Shown: positions 29,645-40,019, counted from the stretch's first letter. The stretch is 64,000 nt of DNA from Trueperaceae bacterium (GCA_965213705.1 OZ243913.1:3936001-4000000); one strand, 5' to 3'. Notes: generated from the sequence alone by a model not told the origin. Translations and numbers: made by a program.

Positions 29645-30700
29645 GTGAACTCACTTTCCCCAAACTACCTGCAACAGCTTCCCGTTACTATGTCGTTACT
29701 TCAAACTGTCTCCCGGCTCGAGTACGTGCGGGGTCAACAAGACTTGTTCCGCACCCAGGCCCCGGAGCTGCTAGCCCAACTCCAGACGATAGCTACCATC
29801 GAATCTACCGAATCCAGCACGCGGCTCGAGGGGGCAACGGCGCCGAGGCAGCGTATCGAGGCACTGGTGCTCAAGAACCCCGAGCCTCAAAACCGTTCGG
29901 AGAGCGAGATTGCAGGCTACCGGGACGCGCTCAGGATGATTCACAAGAGCGCCCCCCACATGCCCTTCAGCGAGAACATCGTCAAGCAGGTTCACCAAGT
30001 TCTTTACCGCTACCTGCCCCAACCGGGCGGGCAGTACAAGGGCACACAAAACGACATCGTCGAGCGGGACGCAAAAGGCACCGTTCTCCGAGTGCGGTTC
30101 AGGCCGACGAGTCCGGTAGAAACGCCAGGAGCAATGCTCGAGCTGGTCGAGAACTACCGGCAAGCCGTCGCTGGCGGCGCGGTCCAGCCGCTCTTTTTGG
30201 TTGCGCTCGCCGTTTTGGACTTTTTGTGTGTTCATCCCTTTGCCGACGGCAACGGCAGGACCGCCCGGCTGCTTACGCTTCTGTTGCTTTACCAGCACGG
30301 CTTTGAGGTAGGCCGCTACATCAGCTTGGAGCGCGTCGTCGAAGAAAGCCGCGACACCTACTACGAAGCGCTCGAGGCAAGTAGCCAAGACTGGCACGAA
30401 GGCGCACACGACGCCACGCCTTGGTTAAATTATTTTTTAGGCATCATGACCAGGGTCTACAAAGAGTTCGAGGAGCGTGTCAGACTGGTCCGTGGCTCGC
30501 ACGGCACGAAAACAGACATGGTTCGCCTGGCGGTGACGCGCCGCCTTTCCCCTTTCCAAATCAGCGACATTGAACGCGAATTACCTAACGTCAGCAGGGA
30601 CCACATTCGCAACGTCCTAAGTCAGCTCCGTGACGAGGGCGGCGTGCGCTTAGAGGGTGCCGGGCGGGGTTCACGGTACGTGCCTATCAAAAATACGTGA
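29645..30700 (+). CDS. Fic-family protein with C-terminal HTH
   Basis: HPFADGNGRTAR motif, SSTRLEG. Confidence 0.92.
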   Translation: MNSLSPNYLQQLPVTMSLLQTVSRLEYVRGQQDLFRTQAPELLAQLQTIATIESTESSTRLEGATAPRQRIEALVLKNPEPQNRSESEIAGYRDALRMIHKSAPHMPFSENIVKQVHQVLYRYLPQPGGQYKGTQNDIVERDAKGTVLRVRFRPTSPVETPGAMLELVENYRQAVAGGAVQPLFLVALAVLDFLCVHPFADGNGRTARLLTLLLLYQHGFEVGRYISLERVVEESRDTYYEALEASSQDWHEGAHDATPWLNYFLGIMTRVYKEFEERVRLVRGSHGTKTDMVRLAVTRRLSPFQISDIERELPNVSRDHIRNVLSQLRDEGGVRLEGAGRGSRYVPIKNT

Positions 30701-30720
30701 CGAGGATGCTGAAAATAAAG

Positions 30721-30752
30721 CAACCCGCTCGCGTTGGGGAGCGGGTTGTTTC
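30721..30752. terminator. Intrinsic terminator between Fic and the tRNA
   Basis: CAACCCGCTC...GAGCGGGTTG stem. Confidence 0.6.
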
Positions 30753-30774
30753 GTGTCTTGCCCAGACTTGCTTG

Positions 30775-30851
<77 letters not shown>

Positions 30852-31008
30852 TCGCAGCAAAAGCAAGTCTACCGCCCACGTGAAGATTGTGTCAAGCGGT
30901 GCCGGACATTTGCAGCCGATTTTTGAGTGTTTGGTATAGAGAAGCTTCGGCGGCGCAGGTGCCGCACGTTTCAGTTCCGGCGGCGGTGGGCGCGTATACT
31001 GTACGTTT

Positions 31009-33315
31009 GTGAAGGTTACCGACACCACCCTCGCCAAGCTGGACTTTCCGAAGATTCGTGAGGCTTTAGCCGAGCGGGCCGCCTCGTCGTTCGGGGTGGA
31101 GCGCGCGCTCGAGCTGCAGCCGACGCTGAACAGGGCCGAACTCGGCGCGGCCTGGCAACGCACCCAAGAAGCCCTGGACGGCCCCGCCTTAGCGCTGGGC
31201 GGCGTGGAGGACGTGCGCCCGCTGGTCGCGTCCATCCGTGACGGCCGCTTAGTCGAAGGAGCCGACCTGCTCCGCATCGCCTACACAATGGACGCTTCTG
31301 GCACGCTCAAGCGGGCGATTCTGGCCTCGGAGCGCCCGGCTCTGGGCGAGCTGGCCCTGCGCTTGCGCTCCTTCGACGGGGCGCTCCGCCTAGTGCGTGA
31401 ACAGCTCGACTTGGACGGCAACGTCCGCGACGACGCCACGCCCAAACTGCGCGACATCCGCCGCCGCCTGAACCCCCTGCGCGGGCGCATCCGCGAACGT
31501 TTGCAGGGTCTCCTAGCGACCTATTCGGAATACGTGCAGGACGCCATCGTCACGCTGCGCCGCGACCGCTACGTGATTCCGATTCGGGCCAGCTTTCAGT
31601 CACGGGTGCCGGGCATCGCGCTCGACAGTTCGGACTCGGGCGCGACCGTGTTTATCGAGCCGCAGTCGGTGGTGCCGCTGAACAACGAACTAGCGCTGCT
31701 GGAATTTGAGGAGCGTGACGAGGTGCGGCGCATCCTGGTCGCGCTTGGGCAGCGACTGGCCTATGAAGAAGGGTTGGAAGAAACGTTCGAAACTTTGGCC
31801 CAGCTCGACCTCGTGCTGGCGAGCGCGCGGCTCGCCGAGGACTGGCGCTTGAGTCTGCCCGAGCTGAACGACACGGGCGAGATTCGACTCGTCGAAGCGT
31901 GTCACCCGCTTATCCAAGGCTGCGTGCCGAACTCGCTGTCCCTAACGCGCGAGCACCGGCTGCTCATCATTACCGGGCCGAACGCCGGGGGGAAAACGGT
32001 CCTCTTAAAGACCCTCGGGCTGGCGGCGCTCATGGCGCACAGCGGCTTGTTCGTGGCGGCGAGTCGCCAAAAACCACCTACGCTGCCGTTTTTGGACGCC
32101 CTGCTGACCGACATCGGCGACGAGCAGAGCATCGAGGCGAGTCTGTCGACCTACGCGGGCCACCTACAAAACCTCAAGGCGATTGCCGAGGGCGCAACTC
32201 AAAACGTCCTCGTCCTTATCGACGAACTCGGCTCGGGCACCGACCCGGCCGAGGGCGCGGCCCTGTCGCAAGCGATTTTGGAGCGGGTTTTGCAAAGCGG
32301 CGCGAAGGGCCTCGTCACCACGCACTTGGCCCCCTTGAAAGTGTTCGCCTCGGAGACAGGGGGCGTGCAGAACGCGGCGATGAGCTTCGACGTGGCGCGC
32401 TTGCGCCCGAACTTCAGCCTGCTGCTGGGCCAGCCCGGCCGCAGTTACGCCCTCTCGATTGCCGAGCGCATCGGCTTGTCCGGCGACTTGTTGGAGCGCG
32501 CCGCAGACATCTTGGGACCGGAGGGTGAAAAACTCGAGTCCCTCCTCGAAACTTTAGAAGGCCAGCGATTAGAACTCGAGCGCCAAGTCCGCGAGGTCGG
32601 CTCGGCCCGCGACCAGGCCGTGCAAGAGGCGGCCGTCTTGCGTGAGCAAATAGACACCCTGCGCGCCCGCGAGGCGGAAGTCATCGCCGCCGCCGCCGAG
32701 CGCGCCGAGGACATGCTGCAAGACACCTTGCAGCGCGCCAAAGAACTCAAGCGCACCGCCACCACCAGTCCCGAGGGCCGCTCCAAGGCCTTGGAAGAAC
32801 TGCAAGAGCTGCGGAAGACGGCTCGAGCGCAGGCGCGGCCCGCGCCGAAAGCTGCGAGTGAAAAACCCCGCGCAGACCTGCAACCCGGCGCACTCGTGCG
32901 TGTCGCCGACTACGACGCCGAAGGCCCCGTGGTCGAACTGCGCGGCGACGACGTGGTGGTGCAACTCGGGCTGCTGAAAGTCGAGGTGCCTAAAAAGAGC
33001 GTCAAGCTCGTCAAGGAACCCGAGGCCAAGGTCAAAACGGCTGCGGGCGCTTACGCCGCGCCGAGTCGCTTCGAGAGCGAACTCAACATCCGCGGCGAGC
33101 GGGTCGAGGCGGGGCTGGAAAAAGTGCGCGACTTCGTCCTCGAGGCCAAAGCCTTAAAAGCGCCTTCGGTGCGCATCTTGCACGGCAAGGGCACCGGCAC
33201 GCTGCGCGACGCGGTGCGCAACTACCTGAAAGACGAAAAACTCGTCGAGCGCTACGAAGACGCCGTACCCTACGAGGGCGGGCACGGCGTGACGGTGGCG
33301 TACCTGAGAAATTAG
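31009..33315 (+). CDS. mutS2: Endonuclease MutS2
   Basis: ITGPNAGGKT, DIGDEQSIE, DELGSGTDP, Smr domain ILHGKGTG. Confidence 0.95.
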   Translation: MKVTDTTLAKLDFPKIREALAERAASSFGVERALELQPTLNRAELGAAWQRTQEALDGPALALGGVEDVRPLVASIRDGRLVEGADLLRIAYTMDASGTLKRAILASERPALGELALRLRSFDGALRLVREQLDLDGNVRDDATPKLRDIRRRLNPLRGRIRERLQGLLATYSEYVQDAIVTLRRDRYVIPIRASFQSRVPGIALDSSDSGATVFIEPQSVVPLNNELALLEFEERDEVRRILVALGQRLAYEEGLEETFETLAQLDLVLASARLAEDWRLSLPELNDTGEIRLVEACHPLIQGCVPNSLSLTREHRLLIITGPNAGGKTVLLKTLGLAALMAHSGLFVAASRQKPPTLPFLDALLTDIGDEQSIEASLSTYAGHLQNLKAIAEGATQNVLVLIDELGSGTDPAEGAALSQAILERVLQSGAKGLVTTHLAPLKVFASETGGVQNAAMSFDVARLRPNFSLLLGQPGRSYALSIAERIGLSGDLLERAADILGPEGEKLESLLETLEGQRLELERQVREVGSARDQAVQEAAVLREQIDTLRAREAEVIAAAAERAEDMLQDTLQRAKELKRTATTSPEGRSKALEELQELRKTARAQARPAPKAASEKPRADLQPGALVRVADYDAEGPVVELRGDDVVVQLGLLKVEVPKKSVKLVKEPEAKVKTAAGAYAAPSRFESELNIRGERVEAGLEKVRDFVLEAKALKAPSVRILHGKGTGTLRDAVRNYLKDEKLVERYEDAVPYEGGHGVTVAYLRN

Positions 33316-33339
33316 CGCGATTTACGCTAAAGTAGAGAC

Positions 33340-33567
33340 ATGCCTAAGACGATTCAAAATTGTAACGTGCCGGACGACCTCCACCGGCGGCTCAAGGTCA
33401 GGGCGGCCGAGTTGGGTATGACCTTGTCCGGCTACTTGCTTAAGGAAGCTAAACAGGCGGTCGAGAGACCGACCTTGCAAGAGATGATGGAACGGCTCGC
33501 CAAGAAAAGACCGGTGCAACTCGGTGAGGACCCTGTTGTGACGATTCGGCGTCACCGGGACGCTTGA
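33340..33567 (+). CDS. RHH antitoxin (FitA/VapB-like)
   Basis: NVPDDLHRRLKVRAAELGMTLSGYL. Confidence 0.8.
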   Translation: MPKTIQNCNVPDDLHRRLKVRAAELGMTLSGYLLKEAKQAVERPTLQEMMERLAKKRPVQLGEDPVVTIRRHRDA

Positions 33568-33970
33568 CCGGCGAAAGCTTAGCATTTGTCGTAGACGCTT
33601 CTGCGGTAGTCGCCCTCCTTTTAACCAACCGTCCGCAACACGTTTGCGTCAAAGGTTCGTCGAGGCTGACAGTTTACACGCCCCTCACTTACTCGACCTG
33701 GAAGTTGCGCAAGTATTGAGACGGGCTGTGCTGAGAGGTTCTTTGTCCAACGCAGAGGGCGAACAAGCTTTGTTGGAATACACTCTTTTGAGAATCTTGA
33801 AATATCCCCATCGACCTCTTTTAGAACGCGTTTGGCAACTCAAAGCCAACGTGTCCGCCTACGACGCCGCTTGTCTAGCCCTGGCCGAGGCGCTGGCCGC
33901 ACCGCTCCTTACGCTCGACGGGCGGCTGGCTCGAGCACCCGGCCACACCGCCGAAGTAGAATACGGGTAA
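33564..33970 (+). pseudogene. VapC PIN toxin, frameshifted
   Basis: TTG 33564 frame gives FVVDASAVV; HAPHLLDLEV...SAYDA..LALAE...LLTLD lies in another frame from about 33644. Confidence 0.75.
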
Positions 33971-34035
33971 CCGCGGGACATTTACCTCTCGCCAGCTTCC
34001 GCCCAACCGCTTATAACCGACTAAGGAGTGATGGC

Positions 34036-35391
34036 ATGAACGTTCAAACCCCCGTCGGCGGCCCGCGCTTTTACCCGGTCGTGGGCAACTTGCTAGAGCT
34101 GGCCCAAGACCCCACTAGCTTTTTTCTGACCGCGCGGCGCGAGCACGGCGACCTGTTTCGCTACCGGTTCGGCCCGCGCACGGTGTATTTGGCCGCGCAC
34201 CCGGACGCGGTGAAGCACGTGCTCTTGGACAACAACATCAACTACCGCAAACACAGCGCCTACGACAAGGTCAAACCGCTTGTCGGCGAGGGGTTGCTCA
34301 CCAGCGAGGGCGACACCTGGCTCGCCAACCGCCGCTTGGCGCAACCCGTGTTTCACCGCCAGCGCATCCAGAATTTCGGCGCGATGATGGTGACGGAAAC
34401 CCTGCGGATGCTGGACGAGCGTTGGGAGGGGTACGCGCGCAGCGGCAAACCCTTCGACCTGCTGCCGGAGATGATGCGGCTGACCCTGACGGTCGTCGGT
34501 CGGGCGCTGTTCAGCCGCGACCTGAGCGGCGAGGCCCATAAAGTCGGCGAGGCGCTGAGTTTCGCGCTCGAGCACAGCAACAAACGCAGCTTGTCCGTCG
34601 TCAACGCGCCGGCCCACTGGCCGCTGCCGGCCAACCTCCGCTTCAAGCGGTCGCTGGCGGCGCTCGACAACCTTGTCTACGGCATGATTCAAGAGCGGCG
34701 CGCGGGTGGCAAGGACCAGGACGACCTGCTGTCGATGCTCCTCCACGCTTCAGACGCCGACACGGGCGAGGCCATGAACGACCGCCAGCTCCGCGACGAG
34801 GCGATGACCCTCTTTTTGGCCGGTCACGAAACGACCGCCAACGCGCTCGCCTGGCTTTTTTACCTGCTGTCGCAGCACACCGCGGTGACGCGCAGGCTTT
34901 TGGGCGAGACAGACGCGGTGTTGCAGGGCCGCGTTGCCACGCTGGACGACGTGCCTAATCTGCCCTACGGCCGCATGGTCGTCGACGAGGCGCTGCGTCT
35001 GTACCCCCCCGCCTGGATTATCGGACGGCACACGCTCTCTGCTGACCGCTTAGGCGGCGCGGACATCCCGGCCGACACCGACGTGTCCATCAGCCCGTTC
35101 GTGACGCACCGCCACCCGGACTTTTGGGACAACCCGGAAGGCTTCGACCCCGAGCGTTTTTCGCCCGAGCGCAGTCGCGGGCGGCACCGCTTCGCGTATT
35201 TTCCCTTCGGCGGCGGGCCGCGGCTGTGCATCGGCAGCAGCTTCGCGCTGCTGGAAATGCAGCTTACGCTGGCGACGATTTTGCAACGTTTCGAGCCACA
35301 ACTTGTGAGCGGGCATGGGGTCGAGCCTCACCCCGGCATCACCCTACGGCCCAAAAACGGCGTGCTGATGACGCTGAAGCGGCGAGGTTAG
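34036..35391 (+). CDS. Cytochrome P450
   Basis: AGHETT, EALRLYPP, FDPERF, FGGGPRLCIG. Confidence 0.95.
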   Translation: MNVQTPVGGPRFYPVVGNLLELAQDPTSFFLTARREHGDLFRYRFGPRTVYLAAHPDAVKHVLLDNNINYRKHSAYDKVKPLVGEGLLTSEGDTWLANRRLAQPVFHRQRIQNFGAMMVTETLRMLDERWEGYARSGKPFDLLPEMMRLTLTVVGRALFSRDLSGEAHKVGEALSFALEHSNKRSLSVVNAPAHWPLPANLRFKRSLAALDNLVYGMIQERRAGGKDQDDLLSMLLHASDADTGEAMNDRQLRDEAMTLFLAGHETTANALAWLFYLLSQHTAVTRRLLGETDAVLQGRVATLDDVPNLPYGRMVVDEALRLYPPAWIIGRHTLSADRLGGADIPADTDVSISPFVTHRHPDFWDNPEGFDPERFSPERSRGRHRFAYFPFGGGPRLCIGSSFALLEMQLTLATILQRFEPQLVSGHGVEPHPGITLRPKNGVLMTLKRRG

Positions 35392-35394
35392 CCA

Positions 35395-35451
35395 GACCCC
35401 TCCGCCCTTCAACCCATCCTCCCCTAAAAGGGGAGGATGGGTTGAAGGCGG
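35395..35451. repeat. REP-like element extended to a 20-bp perfect hairpin; probable bidirectional terminator
   Basis: GACCCCTCCGC then CCTTCAACCCATCCTCCCCT-AAA-AGGGGAGGATGGGTTGAAGG. Confidence 0.75.
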
Positions 35452-35467
35452 CTCAGCTCAGAAAGGG

Positions 35468-35887
35468 CTACTCGAACCCGAACGCCTGAAGGATGGCCTG
35501 AGGCACCCGCTTCGGGCGGCCGCTGCCCGGTTCTATCCACACCCATTCGGTCAGGACTTCGACCAAAAGTTCATCCGTGGTTGCAAGCCGCACCTCGTTG
35601 TGGCGCAACCCCCGCGGCCCGCCCAGCTGGGTGATGCGCGTCGAGACGCGTAAAACGTCGCCGAGTTTGGCGGGCCGGTAATAAGTGATTTCGTGTCGCC
35701 GGATAATCGGCACTGCGCCGTGCGTCTTGAACGCTGCGAGCGTCAGTCCTTCACGCTCCGAGTGGGCGCGGCCGCAGGCCTCGACGTACATCAGGTAGAC
35801 GGCGTTGTTGACGTGCTCGAGTTCGTCCAGGTCTTCAGGCGCGACCTTGACGGTGTGTTCGAAACGGGCGCGGGCGTCGGGTTCCAT
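35468..35887 (-). CDS. Acyl-CoA thioesterase (4HBT/YbgC-like)
   Basis: DLDELEHVNNAVYL. Confidence 0.88.
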   Translation of the reverse strand: MEPDARARFEHTVKVAPEDLDELEHVNNAVYLMYVEACGRAHSEREGLTLAAFKTHGAVPIIRRHEITYYRPAKLGDVLRVSTRITQLGGPRGLRHNEVRLATTDELLVEVLTEWVWIEPGSGRPKRVPQAILQAFGFE

Positions 35888-35989
35888 GAGCCTCAGTTTA
35901 AACGGGCTGCGCAAGTCCGGCGCAACCTCCTCGGGCCCGGCTGACGGTTTCCTGACCGACAGCGCCGCACTTGCGCGTTAGTATGGCGC

Positions 35990-36700
35990 ATGGACACTCT
36001 CGAAAAACAGTACGTCATCGACGCGCTCGCGGTGGATTCGTGGCGCTTGTTTAGAATTATGGGCGAGTTCGTGCAGGGTTTCGAGGACATGCAGGGCGTC
36101 GGCAAGGCGGTCACCATCTTCGGCTCGGCCCGCTTTACAACCGACCATCCCTACTACGAAAAAGCGGAAAAGCTCGCCCGCGAGCTTGCCGAGGCGGGTT
36201 ACGCGGTGTTGACCGGCGGCGGTCCCGGCATTATGGAGGCGGGCAACAAGGGCGCTTATCAGGCGGGCGGCCGCAGCTTCGGACTCAACATCGACCTGCC
36301 CCACGAGCAAGATCCCAACCCCTACCAAACCGACGAAATCAAGTTCCGTTACTTTTTCACTCGCAAGGTCATGTTGGTGAAATACTCGACCGCCTTTGTG
36401 ATTTTCCCCGGCGGGTTCGGCACCCTGGACGAAATGTTCGAAGCCCTGACCCTCATCCAGACCAAAAAAATCAAGCCGTTCCCGGTCTACTTGGTCGGGA
36501 TAGAATACTGGAGCGGCCTCCTCGAGTGGCTCAAAAACACCCTCTGCAGCATGGGCACCGTCTCACCCGAAGACCTGGACCTGTTCAAAGTTTTGGACGA
36601 CGTGGCGGACATCCCCGAGGAAATCGACAAGTATTACCTGAGCGAAAACCACGGCGGCTTCAACAAGCCTTCAGAAGTCAGCTCGAGCGAGGGCACGTAA
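35990..36700 (+). CDS. LOG-family protein (TIGR00730 type)
   Basis: FGSAR, TGGGPGIME, PGGFGTLDE. Confidence 0.92.
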   Translation: MDTLEKQYVIDALAVDSWRLFRIMGEFVQGFEDMQGVGKAVTIFGSARFTTDHPYYEKAEKLARELAEAGYAVLTGGGPGIMEAGNKGAYQAGGRSFGLNIDLPHEQDPNPYQTDEIKFRYFFTRKVMLVKYSTAFVIFPGGFGTLDEMFEALTLIQTKKIKPFPVYLVGIEYWSGLLEWLKNTLCSMGTVSPEDLDLFKVLDDVADIPEEIDKYYLSENHGGFNKPSEVSSSEGT

Positions 36701-36812
36701 CCTTTTCGCTTCTCGGGGTGCGCGCCCTAGAAACGGACCCACCTACACGCGAAGGACGCCCTCAGTTCTGAGGGCGTCGGGACTGGTTCAACATCTCTGT
36801 TTTCGGCGGGAC

Positions 36813-37016
36813 CTAAACCTCTTCCCCGTCCCCGTCGGCGGGATAAGCGTCGTCGGGCAGAGGTTTTTGGTCCTCCGGGTCCATGTTCACTTCGGCCCCG
36901 TGGCCGTAGGTAGGGTCGAAACTTTTGCCGCCCTCGTAGCGGTTGCGGGCGACGTCTTTGTCTTTGTCGTGATAGTCCTGCTTCGGGTCGTAGTTTTTAG
37001 AGTTGGTGTCCGGCAT
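36813..37016 (-). CDS. Small acidic hypothetical protein
   Basis: 67 aa, host-like codons, RBS-like GGGG. Confidence 0.55.
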   Translation of the reverse strand: MPDTNSKNYDPKQDYHDKDKDVARNRYEGGKSFDPTYGHGAEVNMDPEDQKPLPDDAYPADGDGEEV

Positions 37017-37333
37017 GGTGTACCCCCATCGGTATGTTCAACAGAGTGCTGCGGTCGCGGCGTCCGAAGACGCTTGTGGGCTGCTCGAGCCCGGTGCTCG
37101 GGCAAAATCAGTCTAGCACGCGCCGCACGGAACTTGCCCCGGCCAACTGCTTTGTGTACAATGCAAGTTAACCCTCGCCACATAAATGTAGGGTAGTATA
37201 CTCATACCAAGGTGCGAACCACACTCGTCTCCAGTGCCCTTCCTCCAACGTCGGTAGAGTCGACACCATTACTTTGTACACGGTTGTTCACAGTTGGGCG
37301 CGTTCGTGGCATTCTCGAAACCAGGAAGGGTCT

Positions 37334-37588
37334 ATGCTCCACAGGTTCAGCGAACTTAGTCAGCAGGTCGAAGTCACTTCGGCGAGGTTGGAGCGGTTGT
37401 TGGACGACTACGGTTTGTTCGTAGATACCGACCAAGCCAAGTTTCTCAAAGGCTACTTGCGCTCGCTGCGCTTGGATTTCGAGATGGCGATGACGCGTGG
37501 TGAAGAGTCGCAGTTGCAACTCATTTTGGAAGACGTCGACGACCTGCTGAACGACGCTTCAGTACGCCTCAAACAGTCCTTAAAGTAG
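37334..37588 (+). CDS. Hypothetical helical protein
   Basis: ATG after AGGAAGG; MLHRFSELSQQ... Confidence 0.6.
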   Translation: MLHRFSELSQQVEVTSARLERLLDDYGLFVDTDQAKFLKGYLRSLRLDFEMAMTRGEESQLQLILEDVDDLLNDASVRLKQSLK

Positions 37589-37606
37589 CGGCCTGACAGC
37601 TATAAA

Positions 37607-38719
37607 TTACTCTCCCGTGTAGGGCGGCATGGCCCTGGCGCCGAACACTTGCGCGGCGAGGGTGTAAATGGCTTGAGGCTCCAAACCTTTGCCCAAGTAC
37701 ACGTCCCCTTTCCAAATCTCGACGTGCGGGTGCGGGTCGTCCTCGGTGTTTTGCGCCGCCTCGAGGGTGCCCGAATTGCCGGTCGCGCCGACGACTTGCC
37801 CTTGTTTGACGGCGTTGCCAACTACTACCTCGCCGGAAATGCCCGACAGGTGCGCGTAGCGCGTGACGAAACCGCCCGCGTGCTCAATCCACACCTGACG
37901 GCCCCGCAACTTGTCGAGGATGTCCGGCGGCGTGTTGAGGCTGCGCTTGGCGGCGTCGATAACCTGGTTGTACTGCTCGAGACTGTTTTCGACGTAGCCG
38001 TGGTCGGCGCGCACCACCACGCCATCGGCGACCGCGCTGATGGGCGTGCCGTAAGAAATAGGCACGCTCACCGAGCCGCCATAAAAGTCGAAGCCTTCGT
38101 GGGTGCCGTTGCGGTAGGCGCGCGGCGCGCCGGGCAGGTGGTTGGCGCGTGAACTTATCGTTGCGCCCTCGACCGGCACCACGTAAGCGCTCGGCCAAGC
38201 GGGGTCGAAGGGCTCGTCGGTAAGTTCTTGCAGCCGGTTGTAGAGTTCGCTGCTCATGGCGCTGTTGCCGCGGGCCAAGTCGGCGGCGCTCTGAGCGTCG
38301 GCGTTGCGTAAACTCGGGTCGGCGGCGGCGTTCATGAGGTGCAGCGGCACGGCTAAGTTTTTGGCGTCCCGCGCGGCGTACATGAGCGCGGTCCAGCCCG
38401 CGTCGGTCTGAGCGTTGACGTCCGCGCCCGCCTTTAACAGCGTGTCCAGCACGGCCGGGCTGTCGCCTTCGCTGGCCGCGTACATAAGCGGCGTTTGGCC
38501 GTACTCGTCTCGAGCGTTCAGGTCGGCTCCGGCCGCGATTTTTTCAGCCACCGCGGCGGTGTCGTCCGTTTTGGCGAGGGCGAACAGGTTGCGCGTCGGC
38601 GCGCTCGCCGTTTGGGAGGCGGGCAAAAAGGGCAGCTCGAGCACCTCGAAACGCCACAGCGCAAAAGCCGCACCTACCAAAAGGAGCAGGGTCAGGATGA
38701 TTGCCGAAAAAACTCTCAC
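37607..38719 (-). CDS. Membrane-anchored ankyrin-repeat + M23 peptidase
   Basis: N-terminal TM, GQTPLMYAA and GWTALMYAA ankyrins, HEGFD, YAHL, HPHVE. Confidence 0.88.
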   Translation of the reverse strand: MRVFSAIILTLLLLVGAAFALWRFEVLELPFLPASQTASAPTRNLFALAKTDDTAAVAEKIAAGADLNARDEYGQTPLMYAASEGDSPAVLDTLLKAGADVNAQTDAGWTALMYAARDAKNLAVPLHLMNAAADPSLRNADAQSAADLARGNSAMSSELYNRLQELTDEPFDPAWPSAYVVPVEGATISSRANHLPGAPRAYRNGTHEGFDFYGGSVSVPISYGTPISAVADGVVVRADHGYVENSLEQYNQVIDAAKRSLNTPPDILDKLRGRQVWIEHAGGFVTRYAHLSGISGEVVVGNAVKQGQVVGATGNSGTLEAAQNTEDDPHPHVEIWKGDVYLGKGLEPQAIYTLAAQVFGARAMPPYTGE

Positions 38720-38860
38720 GTCTCAGGTTATAACCCGTCCGCCCTGCCAGGGGATGAGACGAAGCTAACTTTGGGGCGGAGGAAAGTACCGAGTACCGAG
38801 TTGAAAGTGACAACAGTTCCAGGAGCGATTGAGACGTACCAACGCGCAAGTTCAGAAGCA

Positions 38861-38897
38861 GACCCCCACAGGGCCACCTCCCCTAAAAGGGGAGGTA
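38861..38897. repeat. REP-like element
   Basis: GACCCC...CACCTCCCCTAAAAGGGGAGGT. Confidence 0.65.
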
Positions 38898-39020
38898 AGG
38901 TCAAGACCGATTTGTCTCAATGTCAAGTGGAAGAGTTATTAGTTTTTGGTTCTCAGATTAAAAACGAGTAATTAAGACCTTTCCCCACCCGAACTGAAAC
39001 TTTTATGTCAGACTGGAAAC

Positions 39021-39515
39021 GTGATTGTTTTGCTGATGGGCGTGTCGGGCTCGGGCAAGACGACGGTGGGCGGCCTGCTCGCCGCGCGTTTGGGCTGGCC
39101 TTTTTTCGACGCCGACGAGTTTCACCCGCAGGCCAACATCGCCAAAATGGCCCGCGGCACCCCCCTGACCGACAAAGACCGGCAGCCCTGGCTGCAGGCG
39201 ATTCGGGCCAAGATGGACGCCCTGGAAGCCCAGGGCCGCTCGGCCGTGCTGAGCAGTTCGGCCCTCAAACAGGCCTACCGCGACCTGCTCTTGGGCGGTG
39301 ACGACGGCGTCAAGCTCGTCTACCTAAAAGGAAGTTACGACCTCTTGAAAGACAGGCTCGAGGCGCGCGAGCAGCACTTTTTCAAGCTCGAACTTCTCGC
39401 GAGCCAGTTCGAAGCGTTGGAAGAACCCCAAAACGCCCTGGTCGTCACGGTGGACAAAAGCCCCGCCGCCATTGTGGAGGCAGTTTTAGAGGCGCTCGAG
39501 CTGTACACAGCCTAA
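39021..39515 (+). CDS. gntK: Gluconokinase
   Basis: MGVSGSGKTTVG, DADEFHP..NIAKM..G.PLTD.DR.PWL. Confidence 0.9.
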   Translation: MIVLLMGVSGSGKTTVGGLLAARLGWPFFDADEFHPQANIAKMARGTPLTDKDRQPWLQAIRAKMDALEAQGRSAVLSSSALKQAYRDLLLGGDDGVKLVYLKGSYDLLKDRLEAREQHFFKLELLASQFEALEEPQNALVVTVDKSPAAIVEAVLEALELYTA

Positions 39516-39566
39516 AATCACACAACCTAAATAGAGCATCGACAGAGCCCAGTCTCAGGAGCCGCC

Positions 39567-40019
39567 CTAGTCTTTTTCGCCGGCAGCTTCGCTCAGTTTG
39601 TGCCGCAGGCCGTGCAAGGTCTCTACAAGTTGTTGGGCCTCGGGTGCGGACAAGTCCAGCGCACAGGCCAGGGCCTCGGGTATGTCGCTTGCGCGCTTTT
39701 GCAGGGCTCTTCCCGCAGGGGTCAACGAGATGACGACGCGCCGCTCGTCTTGGTCGTCGCGCCGGCGTTTGACGAGACCGGCACTTTCCAAGCGCTTCAG
39801 CAGCGGCGTCATAGTGCCCGAGTCGAGACCGAGGCGGGTGCCCAGCGCCGCGACCATGAGGCCGTCTTGTTCCCACAACGCCAGCATCGTAATGTACTGC
39901 GGATAAGTCAAGCCGAGCGCTTTGAGAAGCGGCCGGTAAAAGCGCGTCACCGCGTTGGACGTCGCGTAGAGCGCGAAGCAAAGCTGGTCGTCGAGCTTGG
40001 TAGAAGCGGATGTCGACAT
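39567..40019 (-). CDS. ohrR: MarR-family regulator, OhrR-like
   Basis: LDDQLCFALYA..YRPLL..LGLTYPQY. Confidence 0.85.
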   Translation of the reverse strand: MSTSASTKLDDQLCFALYATSNAVTRFYRPLLKALGLTYPQYITMLALWEQDGLMVAALGTRLGLDSGTMTPLLKRLESAGLVKRRRDDQDERRVVISLTPAGRALQKRASDIPEALACALDLSAPEAQQLVETLHGLRHKLSEAAGEKD

